From positions 47,060,001-47,124,000 of the forward strand of contig NC_087437.1 in NCBI RefSeq assembly GCF_036321535.1: 64,000 nt of DNA, read 5' to 3'. The position numbers and the translations under genes were made by a program. The notes under the pieces were generated by a model. It was not told the DNA's origin and did no database searches. It was given only the letters and a program-made list of their open reading frames with translations. This document shows positions 63,125 to 64,000 of this stretch, one piece after another; the stretch's first letter is position 1, and each line of letters opens with the position of its first letter. This stretch comes from Camelus dromedarius (lineage: Eukaryota).

Positions 63125-64000
63125 GTAGGATTTGCATGTAAAACAAAGGAGTCTGTTGCTGTTTCGTGGTTTTGTTTGCTCTGTGCGGTGTGGGTCGTGG
63201 ATTGCAGCCAGGTGCAGAGTGAGAAGCAGAAAGGGGAGAGAGGGGAGTGGGAGACAGATCCGCTTAGAGCAAAACACAGTGGATACTATTATGTTTTATG
63301 GCAGCAATGCCTCGAGGACAAACTGTCTCCAGGCTCGTAGCCTGCTGAGTGTGCATTCCACGCTGCTTTTCCCGTGGAGTAGAATGATTAGAGGTCAAGG
63401 AGAAAAAACAGTTTGCTTCTTATCTATAGTGCCAGCTGGGCTGTTGGTAGGGTTAAGCAAAGACTTTGTTGGGTGGGAGGCATAAAGGTCCAAGAAAAAT
63501 AAAGAAGAGGAAGCTGTCCTTAAGACTTGAAACCTGTTAAGCAAATATTTTATTCCCATGGTCAATGTGCTTTCATAGAGTCTAATTTTTAAAGGGGGAA
63601 ATTGAAAGGTTACAAGGGATTTCCCTGATTAAAAAAAAGTACTCTGGATTTAATCTATTATAAAAGAAAATTAGGGACCTTCATCCATTTTGCATATTGA
63701 AAGGCTGATACACACTGTTTGTATGGTTTTGCTAAAGCAGAGCAAGAGTTTTAGACTGAAAAAGGGGCTTTCTGTTCCTGCTCTTGCTTTTAAACAACTG
63801 AGGAGGCTGCAGATGGAAATGATGATTCGTTAGAGGTTATGGACGTGACTTTTACCTTTTTCCCCCCCTTCTTTTTTCTTTTTTTAGTGAACAGCATAAA
63901 AACACAATTCTCCTTGAAAGATAAGAGGGGCAGTTGGGTTCCAAAGTCCAGTGGATAATGAGTAGATTTGCAAGGGAACTTATACTGCTTTGTACTTTAT

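Noticed and set aside
1..64000. CRISPR arrays, operons, rRNA, intact provirus, numt or processed pseudogene
   Set aside because: No regularly spaced repeat-spacer array, gene-dense segment or recognisable gag/pol/env, mitochondrial or mRNA-derived sequence seen; the content is typical mammalian intronic/intergenic DNA.

Overview
AT-rich, CpG-depleted mammalian genomic DNA, most likely camelid (alpaca/llama/camel): it carries a tRNA-derived SINE of the vic-1 type and young cetartiodactyl/camelid-type L1 3' ends. I find no credible protein-coding exon of a host gene. The only recognisable peptides in the ORF track are LINE-1 ORF2 remnants at 54.1-57.4 kb, and the other ORFs look like chance or repeat-derived frames. 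Much of the window is interspersed repeat (MIR, L2, old L1M, MaLR and ERV solo LTRs, hAT DNA transposons), separated by apparently repeat-free, motif-rich stretches that look like enhancers. At the far right (about 61.9-63.1 kb) is a promoter-like region and a probable + strand non-coding 5'-UTR exon with five short uORFs ending at a GAG|GTAGGA donor. From memory it resembles an alternative first exon of SOX6, but this is unverified. I see no evidence of a wholly new biological system. The most notable observations are a triplicated L1 target site beside a 33-bp palindrome, the uORF-dense leader exon, a candidate antisense exon, and several regulatory motif clusters. Repeat families and boundaries were read by eye and are approximate unless a TSD is quoted.
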